From the NCBI RefSeq assembly GCF_006345805.1, contig NC_043000.1, positions 51,026,001 through 51,090,000 on the forward strand: DNA of 64,000 nt, in the 5' to 3' direction. The translations under genes and the position numbers were made by a program. The stretch comes from Octopus sinensis (lineage: Eukaryota). Numbering within the stretch: position 1 is the first letter of the stretch; every line of letters starts with the position of its first letter. Of the stretch, positions 39,119-52,851 are shown in pieces. The notes below the pieces were generated by a model, which was not told the origin of the DNA, did not search any database, and saw nothing but the letters and a program-made list of their open reading frames with translations.

Positions 39119-40304
39119 ATGTAATGAATATGGTCATTTTTTGAATGAATGACAAATAGATAAAGATGGTCTCTAATGTAAAGCCTTCTGATAAAATTAA
39201 TCTATCAAATACATTAAAAGAAAGTTTGACTATTTAAGATAAATTTTCACTTAAAATTTGCAACAAGAAGTAATGTAAAGCACATCAAGTAGTCAACTTT
39301 ATAATACTTGGTTTACATTAATTTGTTAAATGATGTTTCTAGTTTATTTTCAGTTAGCACTGGAGATTCATGTATTCATTTAAAGTTAACTCTATAGTGG
39401 TGGTGTTGGTGGTGATAGAATTGAGATGAGAACAATGCTTTTAGGGTATTATTATGCCTTAAGGCAGGAGAACCTCCACACTCATCACTGCGAAGTAGTA
39501 ATACAATTGTCAGTTTTGAAGTGCTACTAATGCTTGTGATGAAAGATCGTACTGTCTATCTATATGCTAGGTAAATTTCTGTGCTAAGAGTTTCATGTTT
39601 TGGCAACTAGAACATTGTTAAGTGTGATTCTGTTCTAAGAACATGTACATATATATGAATCTAAAGTTCATTTTAACATCTCTCTCTCTCTCTCTCACAC
39701 ACACACAGATACACACACAAATACACACACTCACTCACTCACTCACTCACTCACTCTAACAGTGCCACCCACAAGCCAATGCTTCTTGCTGCTTGTAAGT
39801 CATGAAAAGTGAAAAGGAGGATTTAGTATTTAATTAAGCTTTTATTCTTTAACTTTTTTCTTCAGCCTTTTGAGTAGAAGATCTCCTCTGGTATCATTAT
39901 CTAATTAGTTTTATTGTCTGTTTCCTACAGTGCATTGAAAAACATCCGAAATTCATCCATGTCAATTATTTATTTTTGTTACCTCATAAATAATGCTTCA
40001 GGTGTGATGTAAGTCACTTATTAGAGGAAATTAACTTTACACTATTGTCACATTTCATCATTTATTTTACATGCACTGAGGAATGTCTCTAATACCTAGT
40101 TGCTTTTTCACTTCATTTTTGCTGTCTAGGTTTTATACTGTATATATAACAGGTTATTGTTACTTATTTCTTTTCTTATTACTATACTCATGTTAAATGG
40201 ATTGTAGTGTTCAGCCTAGGTTAATTACTGAAATATATAGTGAATAATAATTATAACTTTCAGATTCATAAAAGCCATAAATCATTCAAAGAAAGAAACT
40301 AGTA

Positions 40305-40510
40305 ATGAAGGGGCCTTTATTCAGTTACTCACCTTGCTAGGAAGTGCAGCCAAAATTACTCTGAAATCACATCCTATCAACTTAAAAAGAGAGTGAAATA
40401 TTGAATAATGTAGTTTGAGACATGCTGTCTGCAAGAATGCATGATGTTTAAGAATGGAATACTCTGACCAAAGGACTCTTCAATCAGAGCTAGTCTGAGG
40501 CCAAAGAACA
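40305..40510 (+). mobile_element. Old SINE-like repeat, family E
   Basis: cttgctaggaagtgcagccaaa...aaatcacatcct...ataatgtag...ggaat...gaccaaagg...gagctagtctgaggccaaagaac; family recognised from memory. Confidence 0.55.
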
Positions 40511-40820
40511 CATCCTTGTTCTGTGGTACAGATTATGATTGGAAAATAATGTAGAATAATGATTCAGTAAGACATCGTCATTGTTTTAATATTCACCTTT
40601 CCTTGCTAGCATTGGTCAGATATGGAATTTATTGAAGTGGATTTTCTACAGCCAAATATCCCTCCTGTCACCAACCTTCACCTGTTCCACCATAACCTGA
40701 TATATATTCACAAAATATTGGAAACAAAGGATGATGTTTGCTTGATGGTTGATATTTGTTTACAACTTCCACATGATGCCAAAGCAAAGACTCAACAACA
40801 CACATCTGTCTGTCTATATA

Positions 40821-41368
40821 TCTTTTTATCTTTTACTTGTTTCAGTCATTAGACTGTGGCCATGCTGGAGCACCACCTTGAAGAATTTATAGTCAAACGT
40901 ATTGACCCCAGTACTATTTTTTTAGAGCCTGGTACTTATTCTAATGATCTCTTTTGCTGAACTGCTAAGTTACATAAACATAAACACATTAACACAGGTT
41001 GTCAAATGGAGGGATGACAGACACAGAGTCACATCCATCCATTCATCCATCCATCCATACATATATACACACATACATACTTACATACATACAAACAAAC
41101 AACGAGCTTTCAGTTTCCGTCTTCCAAATCCACTCTCGAGGCTTTGGCCAGCCCAAAGCTATAGTAGAAGACACTTGCCCAAGGTGCCACGCAGTGGGAT
41201 TGAGCCCAGGTATGGCAAGCTTCTTACCACACAGCCATACCTACACTAACAAAGCTTTGGTTGGACCAGGGCTATAGAAGACTTGCCCAAGGTACTATGC
41301 AGTGAGATTGAACCCAGAACCATGTAGTTGGGAAGCAAACTTTTTACCATACAGCCATGCTTGCACCT
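40821..41368 (-). mobile_element. tRNA-headed SINE, family A, plus a second head fragment
   Basis: ttttacttgtttcagtcattagactgtggccatgctggagcacc...agaagacacttgcccaaggtgccacgcagtggga; head repeated at 41247-41368. Confidence 0.88.
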
Positions 41369-43324
41369 AGAAATTTTAAGATTATATTAATTCTGAAATT
41401 TTTTACTATTTTTTACAGTAATCCATCATAAATGTTTAGATGTATAATAAAGTTAAATTGAACTTTAGACAAACAATTACAATGTTTGTCTAAATTTTCT
41501 GATGATCTGACATGTAACCTCTCAAGGGACTGTCAAAAATGCATATATTTTAAATAGAACCGAAGCAGATTAAAATTAAAGTATTTTTGGTTATATTGTT
41601 TAAAAGTTACAAATGAATATCTCTGTTTGTGTAAATGGTTGTGTGTGTGTGTGTGCATGTGTGCATTTGTGTGTGTGTGTGTCTGTGTGCACATGCATGT
41701 ATGCACAACAAAATATGTGCAAGTTTGCATTTTCATATTTTGAACGCAAAAACTTAGAAATAAGACCTCTTTAAAATTGTGTATTACAGGTTCAAACTTG
41801 TTATTTAACTGTCTTAAGTTTCTATTTTGTTGTCTTACTGACGCCTTTTCATCGTCATCATCATCATTATGTTTATAAAACCAATTGCGTTATTTATAAA
41901 CTACCTCTTTTATATACAAACATTATTAGTTCTTTATGTTTGATAAAAGAGAAATAAATGCTTATTGAAAAATATAATTTCACTGTCACTAAAATCTGTA
42001 TCAGCTGATTCTTGTTCTCATTTCATATCTGCTATTTTTCTGCTTTTCCTTTTTCTTTTTATCTTTTTCACATTTATTCTTACTCAGCAAAATAAAGTAC
42101 AACTATTTTTTTTTAAAAATAACCTTTTTGTGTTTTTAAGTTTTGTAATTAAAATCAGTCTTTCGTTGAATGTTTTTCCGAAATAAAAGTAAACGAATAT
42201 CAGCTGCAAATTGTCATGAATTTGAGCATTTTATCAAACAAATTTTAAATTGATTTATTGAAATTTTATAGCACTTACCCAATGGCTTCAGAAATATTAG
42301 AAGTGAGAACTTTCCAAAATTGTCATTCATGGTTTTTAATCTGAGAATGTTAGCCATATCATTTCTCTCATTACTAAGTGATTGTTCGTGGTTTCAAGTT
42401 TTCTGAGAATTTTTGGAATTTTTCTCTGATAGATTCACTTCAGTGTCAAATTCACCTATCATTACATGATTGTCTTAGATCTGTGACATTTTCCTTTTGT
42501 TATTCCTCTAATTTGGATATTCCATCACATCTACTTAAGCGGATAACATAATGCGAAAGTATTTTATTTACGTGATTATGGGTATTGAGGTATGTAAGTT
42601 TTGTTTACAATTAATTTTTATAATAATGAGTCTTCATACATATAGTGAAGAAACAAATATTTCCACCTCTTTTTTAGTAGTTTTAAATCTCAGAAGGCAG
42701 CAACAAATATTTATTTGACAACATAACTATCTTTGTAATATCTTACAATTTATTGTTATGTTGAAACATATTTGTGTATGGGCATTAGTTTAAGCATTGA
42801 ACATTAACTACTAAATATGTATATATGCAGTATACATATGAATATATAAATTTTCATTTGTCTTTACATGTGTCTTTACATTAAACATAGTATTATTTTT
42901 CACTCTTAGTGGTTTCCATATTATTGCAGTCTTTCACAATATTTGTATAACTTGGTTACTGACACTCTTCATGACTATATCTTCCTAAGCTCTGTGAATA
43001 GTGATTCTTTGTGAAAATGTATTTTCCTCCCTTTTATCAGTAGCTCTGTATTTTGTATCTTTTCAAATAGCTAATAATGAAATGCAAGAGAAAAAAGTTG
43101 GTTGATATTGTATATTTTAATTTTATTTATTTTTATTTTTACATTATGTATGCGCATTTTTCAAGCAAAAAAATATTGGATGGTTGCCTCCAAATGGCTT
43201 AACATTAAAATACCTTACTGTTATAATTGCCCTACACATTCACGTGGATCAAATAAATTGATGTTGGGGAGTTATAAAGTGCATATATATATATATAGCA
43301 AATACAAATCAAGATATCTTCACA

Positions 43325-43432
43325 TATAGATATTACTACTGTTCCATTATAGCCATCATTTCAAGTTTTGTGCTGACTTGGCAGTCATTTGATGATGGTT
43401 ATAATGGAACAGCAGTCAACTATAACTACATC
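43325..43432 (+). ncRNA. Candidate pri-miRNA-like hairpin, unverified
   Basis: 22-bp contiguous stem (43339-60 with 43391-412) including 2 G:U pairs, extended basal stem, and CATC 17 nt downstream; no match to miRNAs I know. Confidence 0.4.
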
Positions 43433-44242
43433 TAGGTCTATGTCGATTTATCTACCTGTCTGTCTTTTCACACACTCTACTATGTTTATTGAGCACTCTT
43501 TATTTTGTTCATAGTACTACTTGGAAACATGCCATACTACGTATTTTTTTTTTTGTATACATTCATATTTTTAATCTTGGAAATAACAATGTGCCTATGA
43601 GTGCATGTTTTCTAAAAAGTACTGAATATTGGCCAACAGCCATCTCCCGTACTTATTTATGTAAATATCATATTTATATTTCTACCCAGTACTTAGCCAT
43701 ATAAGTAACGTTATTGTAAAGATTCCTTGTGATGGCAAAGTTACTTGTTAATTTACCTAACTGAAGCATTCACTATATGAGAGAGGGTGAGAGAGAGATC
43801 ATTGTAATTAATGAGGGAATGTTATTTACATCACTAGTCACTTCACCAATGCCACAGATCATTATTCCAGGAAACAGCTCATTATTATAATGGCCACACT
43901 TATAATCTTTCCAGACAATATGTGTTGGTCTATATTTATTTATCTATATGCCTTCACTTATTTAGTTATCCTTGATAGATCATCATTGGTACAGATCTGT
44001 TTCTCTCTCATCCTGTCTGGAACAATCATTCATATTCATTATGTTTATGAATAAGTTTTTCTCTACACATTTGTCTTATTAGAAATGTTAATTTAATATG
44101 TTGCTTTATCTTTTTCCATAAGATATCGTAATCTTCTATGCATTCGTTGCACAGCCTACAGCACTTTTACTAGTTCTCACTTTTTAAGCTATTTGGTTTA
44201 TGTGTTCAAAATACCTATCTACATTGAATTTAAAAGGAGTCT

Positions 44243-44401
44243 AGGACATTTATCCCCATAGACAATAACTCCCCCACCAATGGCAATAACTCCTGAAGAC
44301 AACAAATAACGATTTAAAACTTCTTAATATATTAGAGAGGGGGTAATTAACTAAGGGGGTTAAATGTCCTGGGGGTAGTTGTCGTTGGGGCAAATTGTCC
44401 T
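44243..44401. mobile_element. Small palindromic MITE-like element with internal sub-repeats
   Basis: Left aggacatttatcccc...acaataactcccc; right ggggttaaatgtcct, ggggtagttgtc, ggggcaaattgtcct in inverted orientation. Confidence 0.6.
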
Positions 44402-45700
44402 GATACAGTTAAATGACCAACTTTTTTAGTCTTGTGTCATATTTCTCTCTTTTCTTTTCTGAAATATTTTAAATAATAGATATATTTACTTTTACATATT
44501 CCACATCAAATTGTATATATCATCCCACACTAAATGTGTACATATTATACTTAGCAATCCTATTATCAGAGGAATGGAATCTAACTTTCAAAGACTGAGC
44601 TCTTTGTCTGAGATACTTTGTTTAATATCTATAGTTGAAATCCCTTTCATAAAGGGGACTTGTGTTTGTTTGTTCATCTAGATGTTCAGAAAGGTTAAAA
44701 TATAAAGTGAAAATATAAAATTCAGACACATACACAATAGAATGTCGTAGTTAAGATACCACTTCCAATAAAGATGTACATCCTGTCATATATTTTTCAA
44801 GATTTGCTCTTATGAATATAAGTTTCTGCTGCGATATCTTTATTCTATATTCAGGCACATAAGGTAATTACTGAAATGCTGCTCTGTTACTGCAGCTCTA
44901 GGTTGGATGTTGATGTTGTGAAGTTATTTGCTCAATCAAAAAAATAATATCTTAAATATTAATATTTTATACTTTATGGAATGTCATTCCATCAGCTGGC
45001 TAGGAAATATATTTATTTAGAGAAAGATCCCTCAGTTAAATGATAAAGCTTTTCCATATGGAAACCAAATAATTCAACAAATTCTACAAATATCAACATC
45101 AAAATTTATCATATAAACAAAAATAAACTGTAATCTTATAAACTAATTGAATATTCTAGCAAGATGAAATTCCAAGATGCTCATGTTTGATGCTTGATGC
45201 TAACAGCTACATAATTTTGTGTATTTCTTTGCATACAAACATCTCAAATGTTCCTTTTTTTTTTGTCATGCTGATGACCTTTTAGGTTAAGCAATGAAAA
45301 TATTTACAGTTTAGGTTTGTTGGTGAGAAGTTATCTCTCAAATGTCACTGGATTTCTTTAAACAATGTTTCTGCTATTTTATGAGATGTTGGCAATTATT
45401 ACACAAATGATGTATATTAATCATTTCACAATCAATGAAAACCTGGTTAAATTAGGGTGAGTTAACCAAGAAATCAAATTAATGCTATTTTCAGTTGACA
45501 AAGAATGAATTATAGTTATACTATTTATCTTAATCGTTTGTGTATAAAGTGTTTGCTGTTTCACAAACTGCAAAATGTTTGCCTATGTGTGAGGATGTAT
45601 GTTCTGCAATAAAGAGACGTATGAATGACTGCTGTATACCTGTGTGCATGTAAATGACTTTGTATTCCATAATAGGGATTGAAGTGAAATTTGACCTGAC

Positions 45701-46106
45701 TCTCTTTTACTCTTTTACTTGTTTCAGTCATGTGACTGTGGCCATGGTGGAGCACCGCCTTTTAGTCGAGCAAATCGACCCCAGGACTTATTCTTTGTAA
45801 GCCTAGTGCTTATTCTATCGGTCACTTTTGCTGAACCGCTAAGTTACGGGGATGTAAACACACCAGCATCAGTTGTCAAACAATGTTGGGGGGGGGGGAA
45901 ATTAACACACAAACATACATATATATATATATACACACACACATACATGATAGGCTTCTTTTCAGTTTCCATCTACCATATCCACTCACAAAGCTTTGGT
46001 TGGCCCGAGGCTATAGTAGAAGACACTTGCCCAAGGTGCCACACAGTGGGACTGAACCCAGAACCATGTGGTTCGTGAGCAAGCTACTTATCACACAGCC
46101 ACTCCT
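45701..46106 (-). mobile_element. tRNA-headed SINE, family A, full-length
   Basis: Reverse complement of the 30451-30840 type, from ctcttttactcttttacttg to cacacagccactcct. Confidence 0.92.
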
Positions 46107-49100
46107 ACTCATTCATTTTCCAAATGACTATTTCTTATTCCTTGTTTAGCTCAATGTATTTACTATTTTTGCAACAAATTGTATATCCTGTGGTGCTTTC
46201 CTTGTGGGAGTCAGCAATTTAAAGTTCATTACTATATATTTGTTTAATGTATAAACACTGTAGAGATAAAAAAACAAAAATTGCATACAGTTTTTGTAGT
46301 TTATGTTTCAATGTAAAATGGAATACTTTGTTGTGTGGAATGCAGGTAGTAATAGCTTTTCCCTGTTTTTCTTATGTAGTTGTTGTAGGGGTTATGGTGG
46401 AAGTTGGTAAGATGGTTATATTTGGTACATGCACTTGGTTCTTTGTTATGCATTAATGAGGCTAACAACCTAAGACAGTATTTTGGCATGTAATGCAAAT
46501 CACCTTATATGTAATGTAACTCACCTTTGATTAGAACATGTGTATTTTGTTTGTATAGACCATGTGGAAAAGTAATGCTGTTTGGATTGTATATTTTGGA
46601 ATACTACCTATCCAACCCATGCTAGCATGGAAAGCATATGTAGAATAATGATAATGACGTTTTGGTGTTTGTGCATTTGACTAGGTTTGACTAGTTGCAG
46701 GAATTTAGTTAATTTGAAAAGACTAATTTTTGTATTTTGTTCTAATTGCATTTATTTATTTCTTTAAACATGTATTCATGAACAATTGTTCCTCTGTACA
46801 TTTGAAAGAATCTAGTAATGTCTTTTAGTAGATCACAAAACAGCCTCATTCAAAAACTGAACGATCACAAATAATTGTCAGTTTTGATATAAAAACAAGT
46901 AGAAAAAATATATTGTAATGGTACGTTCTGTTTTGTAAATTTACTAAAATTATATCTTAAATGTTCAGTTTATCTGTATTACTATTATATCAGTTGCTAA
47001 CTTGTTTGCCTGAGCACCAAAACATTTAAGAATTTGATGGTTGAATATGATTACTCACACTTTAAAGGTCATGTTTCCATGCTAAGATATAGATTGTTCT
47101 ATAAATTCCCAATTCCTATATCATCTTGTTAAGGATTTTCTTATTTTTGTATTTGATTATCTGTTTCTAAATCAGGATATGTTAGATCAGTCTTAGGTAT
47201 TTTGTTCATAATTTTTCTTGGTTTATTTTGATTTTATTCCACAACCCTATCTTCCATTTCTCTTCTCATTGCCAGAATTTGCCACCTTGATGTATTTGTA
47301 TTTGAACATAAGCAAATTTTATACTTCACTGTGTGCATGAGTGGTTTCAATGAACTTCTCATCTCTCCTCTTTTCTTGTCACATTCATATATTTAAAACC
47401 CCGTGAGGAAAACATACTATCTTTGCATTTTCCTTATTTCATATTACACTTTCTGAAGCCAAGTTGCCATGAAAAATGCTTTATTTTATCTCTTTCTTTA
47501 GGAGTAACATCTATGAAATATGACATTGCTTCTCAATGTTTTCTTTTCATATCATATATCTTACACCAAATTCCACTTATATCTATACTGGTTATCAATC
47601 ATTCCAAACTTGCCACTTCCTAGTTTATGTTTCAAGTCATGTTATATTGATATTTTGCTTGTTGTGGGGCTTGAATAGTAACTTTCATGTGTTCAAGGTC
47701 TTTTGAAAAACAAAAATAAAAATGAGATGCCAAATTGATAGAGAAATGCATAAAATATTATTTAGCATTATTTATTGTCAAATCTGCAATGTTAGCATTA
47801 GGCATCGTTGATTTCTATATTGTTTTTATTCATTTTATTACATTAATGTTAATGGTTCTTTCTGAAACTAGAGAAGGTGTCATATGTTAGTTAAAGGTGT
47901 TTCTGATAATAAATTATTGTACATAGTTTCACAGTTAAAGCAAAAGTATGTTTTCCTTATTGCTTCTTAAGAATTAAAAATATTCAAATTTAAATAAATT
48001 CAATGAAATACTAACTTGCAAATGTATATTTCAGCGAATTGATGCTGCTTTAAACCTGCTAAACTAATGTTATATTCAACCAAAAATTTAGATGTGAGTT
48101 GTAGATTGCGCTAAAGTTACTGTTTACAGAACTTTGAAATTATACAATTGCCATAATAATTTTACCCCTACTCAGACACACCATTGGAGTTGTTTTGATG
48201 ATATTTGACTGTATTGTAAGATGATATCATAGCTTTCCTGTTTGAAAGGGTGACATCAAATAGAACACCAGCTGTGTGTGCATGGCATGTGTATGTGTGC
48301 ATGCACTTTTATAAATGAATTGTCAGCCTAAACCAAATCAATATCATTTCTCTAAAATAAAAAAAAAAATGAAAATTCAATCTATGATTTTAAAAATTCT
48401 GGAATAAAGAACTTTCAGATAGATGTAAAATAAAGCAGATATACAGTGCATGTATCGTTTCTTACTTTTTAATACTGTAGATTGCATTAGTTACCATTTG
48501 CAAATGTGGATGACTTGAAACAGAAATATGATTGCATTTGTCTAGATAATCCTAGTATTTCAACTAATTCTCAACTGATGATAGAAACCAGGTAATATTA
48601 CAAGTTAACAAATCAGAACTGATCACAATATTCTATAGAGATAAGAGAGAAAAACAACAGAATTATGGGCCAATTTCAAAATGAATGAATATCACATTGT
48701 TATGTTGTTCAATATAATGCTAATAGTTGTCAGCAGAGAAAATTCTACTTATAAAGCAGTCAGCAGGAATGGCTGTTACATAAATTATATTTCTTTGTGA
48801 TAAAAGCACAGTCTAGACAATATCCTCATAAAACTCTTGATTCACATCTCTGCACCAAAGATATATTATCTTTGAAATTGCAGTCCTTAGCATTATTATT
48901 TTGGTGGAGGTGATGTGTGAGTGAATAAGTGGTCATAATTGTTTTCAAAACTTCTGCTTATTTTGTTTGACAGTCAGTATATTATGGAAATGTAAGCAAA
49001 TGGGAAAATATGTAATATAGTCATGAAACAATACTCTAAATGGGTTTACTTGATTTCTAAAAAGTTAAGGAAGGTAAAAAGCTGTATAGTAACATTAGTT

Positions 49101-49393
49101 GTCGATAAAATTTACTGATAGATAAAAATGATAATTCAAAAATATTAATTCTGTAGTTTAAGGCAGAGAGAGAATTAGGTTGTGTAATTCAATGCAGAAG
49201 GTTAGTAGTAAGATGTTAGTGTTTCAAGAATTCTTTGCTTAGTGGCTTTTTTTGATATATCTTAATGGCTATTTGCTGTGTGCTCTAGCTGATTATATTT
49301 TTAAAAATGAAAGCTAGTGAGCAAAAATGAGCCTTTGTGTGGTTGATGAGAGCAGAAACATTTATTTGTAGTAATGCTTGATTTCATATTTCA

Positions 49394-49622
49394 TTAACTC
49401 TTTTGATACCAATCTGCCCAAGACTGCTATTAGTAGGTCTATGATAGAGACTTGTTTTAAAGTGATTTAAAATAAACCCCGTCATCAAAATTTCAGGTTC
49501 ATATATGCTTCACAGACCATATTTATATCGACAAAGTTATTTGACTAATTCTTTGTAATTTTCAGAATTAATTAAGACAAAGGCATTGTATTTCAAAGAA
49601 AATACAGGCACAAAAAGGTGAA
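49394..49622 (+). mobile_element. TTAA-type MITE, second family
   Basis: ttaactcttttgatacc...caaaaaggtgaa imperfect TIRs; homologous to 28046-28271. Confidence 0.7.
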
Positions 49623-50295
49623 CAAAGAATGTACTATCCAGATTTGGTTCACTATTTAGATCTTCAATTTGTGTTTCAAGGACATTTGTTCATACACTTT
49701 CTCATATGAAAATTATCTTTGATTTTATCTACCACTCTCACGTACTATGTAATTTTTCACACACGTTAGGCACTCATATATTATAGAGAACATAAGCAGT
49801 AAAATTTTTCCATCTAAAAGAATTGTCTCCTATAATTGTGAGTCTGTGATTGTGCACAGAATTACTCTCTCCCTCTCCTTCACACACACACACACACATA
49901 TTAAACAGATTGCAATGTTGAAGAATTAGAAAAATAAATATCTCAATATATGCAAGTACATTCAGAGATAATGATAATAATTCATTGTATTCCCCATAAT
50001 TTGTCATTTTATTGAAGTGTATCACCAACAATAATATAAACACGACTACATCTCTAAATATAACAAGATGTAAACTGATTTTATTGCAGAAAATAAAAGC
50101 GAATTTATTAAATTCTGTACAATATTCATCATAATTGTATACCATCTTCAATTTCAATATGATTGTGAAGAAACTTATGAACAGAAATACTCTATAATCC
50201 TAAACATGTGATCAATATGGTAACTGAAATATAAATCAAATAACTTGAGCTGCATTAAATAAATCAGAAATATGGATATGATGAAAGGCCAAACT

Positions 50296-50308
50296 ATATA
50301 CACACAGT

Positions 50309-50342
<34 letters not shown>

Positions 50343-50351
50343 CATATATTA

Positions 50352-50387
<36 letters not shown>

Positions 50388-50586
50388 TGTATGTATGTGT
50401 GTGAGTTTGTGTGTATGTGTATTTACTTTTCTACAACATGGTCCTGGAGCTGATTTCATTGTGCAATAACCTTAGGCAAGTGCTTTCACTATGGACCAGT
50501 ACAGTGGGAAAGGAGGTTTGGGTTTTGGGAAACTAAGAAAGCTGCTCATACACGCATGCATGTGTGTGTGTGTGTGTGTATGTATA

Positions 50587-50637
<51 letters not shown>

Positions 50638-50890
50638 GTATATGTATATATATATTATATATATATATATGCATATGTATGTATATATATATATATGTAT
50701 ATATGCATATGTATGTATATATATATTATATATATATATGTATATATGCATATGTATGTATATGTATTATATATATAATATATATATATATATATGTATG
50801 TATATGTATATATATATTTATATATATATATATATATATATGCATATGTATGTATATGTATATATATATGCATATGTATGTATATATATA
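50296..50890. repeat. Compound (TA)n/(TATG)n/(TG)n microsatellite cluster with recurring gcatatgtatgtata motif
   Basis: Direct reading; the motif occurs 5 times in 50670-50885. Confidence 0.95.
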
Positions 50891-52575
50891 GATAAATTTG
50901 TGTGTGTGTGCAATCATCTTTTTTTTGTTTCTCTATATTTATTGCCTGTAACTTTTTCAAATTATGACAGTGCGATAGTATGGCCACGATTCAATAACTG
51001 AAATAAGTACAAACAGAATACACACACACATACACACACACACACATATATGCATATATATGTGTGTGTGATTAAACATTTTTTTTCTATATTATTATAA
51101 CATAGGACATGGATTTCCCATATCAAAGAATAGAAATGATATACTGATTATGTTAAATTGTAGACATTATGATATATGATTCAAATGGTGCTAGAGTTTG
51201 CATAGTCTTTCATCCTTACAAGGTCAATAAAAAATATATCGGTAACATACTGCTGTAAGTGGAGATATTAGTTTGCTACTGCAAGCATAAAAGGATGTGC
51301 CTTCACTATATGTTATCACCATGTTTCAAGCTTACTGTGAGTGTGTAGTATGTATATATATATGTGTGTATGTGTATATATATGTATATATATATGCTCA
51401 TTTATTTATATACATATAAGTATTTGTATACACACAGACATACATCCACACACATATTTATATATATATGCATGGTATACTCTCGTGCACACACACATAT
51501 ATATGAAGTATATATATAATAACACATACACACACATATATAAATACACACATACACGTAATATTAAAATTAACAGGATTCTTTTGCTTTCTATTGTGAT
51601 ATTTTACCTTTGCTTAAATATGCAACAGCTAGAATACTAACCTCCCACGCTCTTCGTTCTATGATATTGCATACTAATATCTCATAGAGTATTCACTATT
51701 TTCTATCAATGCTGTCGCTACTGCGGATGGTGAGGCCTCTGTTAGCTTCTACAGATGACGATAATCAATAAATTCATGTGTTATGAGTAGTTTGTGCCTG
51801 TCGTCTACATTTTCAGAAATGTAATAAAGATATAAGAATAAATCAGAATAGCTGAATGTGGTAGAAGCAGTATTAGTTCCATACTTGCTAATGTGAATGT
51901 TGTGCAGCAATGCTTGTGATGTTCTGCTGTTTCGTTAGTGTGAGATACTGGAAATCAAATAATCATAGTAGTGCTGTTAGTAAAAATATAATAGTAGGAG
52001 TAATTGTAGTTACTTCAGCTTTGGTATTAATAGATCTCTGTGAAGGCAGTAGTTTTTGTTACTGTAAGACATTAGTAGCACAACTGACTGAGGTTCTTTC
52101 CTGTATAAATTCTCTCTTAGCTGAAAAACCATTTTTTCCCACCCCTTATTCTCTTATCCTTATCAGGCTTTTATTCCACATTTTTCATCTCTCAACATAA
52201 AAAATTCTACATCCATTCCTAAGTCATTTCCTCTGTCTTTCTTTCATTCTCCTGCTTTCATTTTCTCCCTCTTCCTCTTTTTCATATTTCAGTGACTTCA
52301 CGTGACTTTAAGCTGTTCATTCACCATGAAAAAGAATTTTCACCTTTCTCTCCTTTTCTGTTTTTTTTTTCTTTCATAACATAATAATGACATGTAAGGA
52401 ACAAAATTACAAAATATATATTCAATTAACTATTAGGTAGCCCATTGTCTTAGTTTCCTTACTGAGGGAAAATATTGCATAAAGGTCCCTTGTACATACA
52501 ACTTATTTTTCTACCTTATATCTATAGAAAGACAAATGTGTGCACACACACACACACCACACATGTACAAACATA

Positions 52576-52615
<40 letters not shown>

Positions 52616-52851
52616 TATAAATATATATATATAGATATTAAATAGATATTAAATTTTATTTAAGTAAAGATCTATGAATATGTATATATTTATGCATAGT
52701 TATGAAAGCAAATACAATTTATGCAGCAATATGTATAATGAAATTTTTTAGATTATTGAAAACACCATCCATCCATCCATATGTCTCTGTATTAATTGAT
52801 CTATTTTCTGTGCTGAAATAGTTTATATATGCAGAAGAATGAAACTATATA

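Noticed and set aside
39931-40008. 78-nt plus-strand exon candidate with good splice signals
   Set aside because: Peptide is low-information and unrecognised; no way to link it to other exons.
51910-52200. ORF with a TM-like stretch (IIVGVIVVTSALVLI)
   Set aside because: Arises from (GTA/AGT)-rich low-complexity sequence; no supporting domain.
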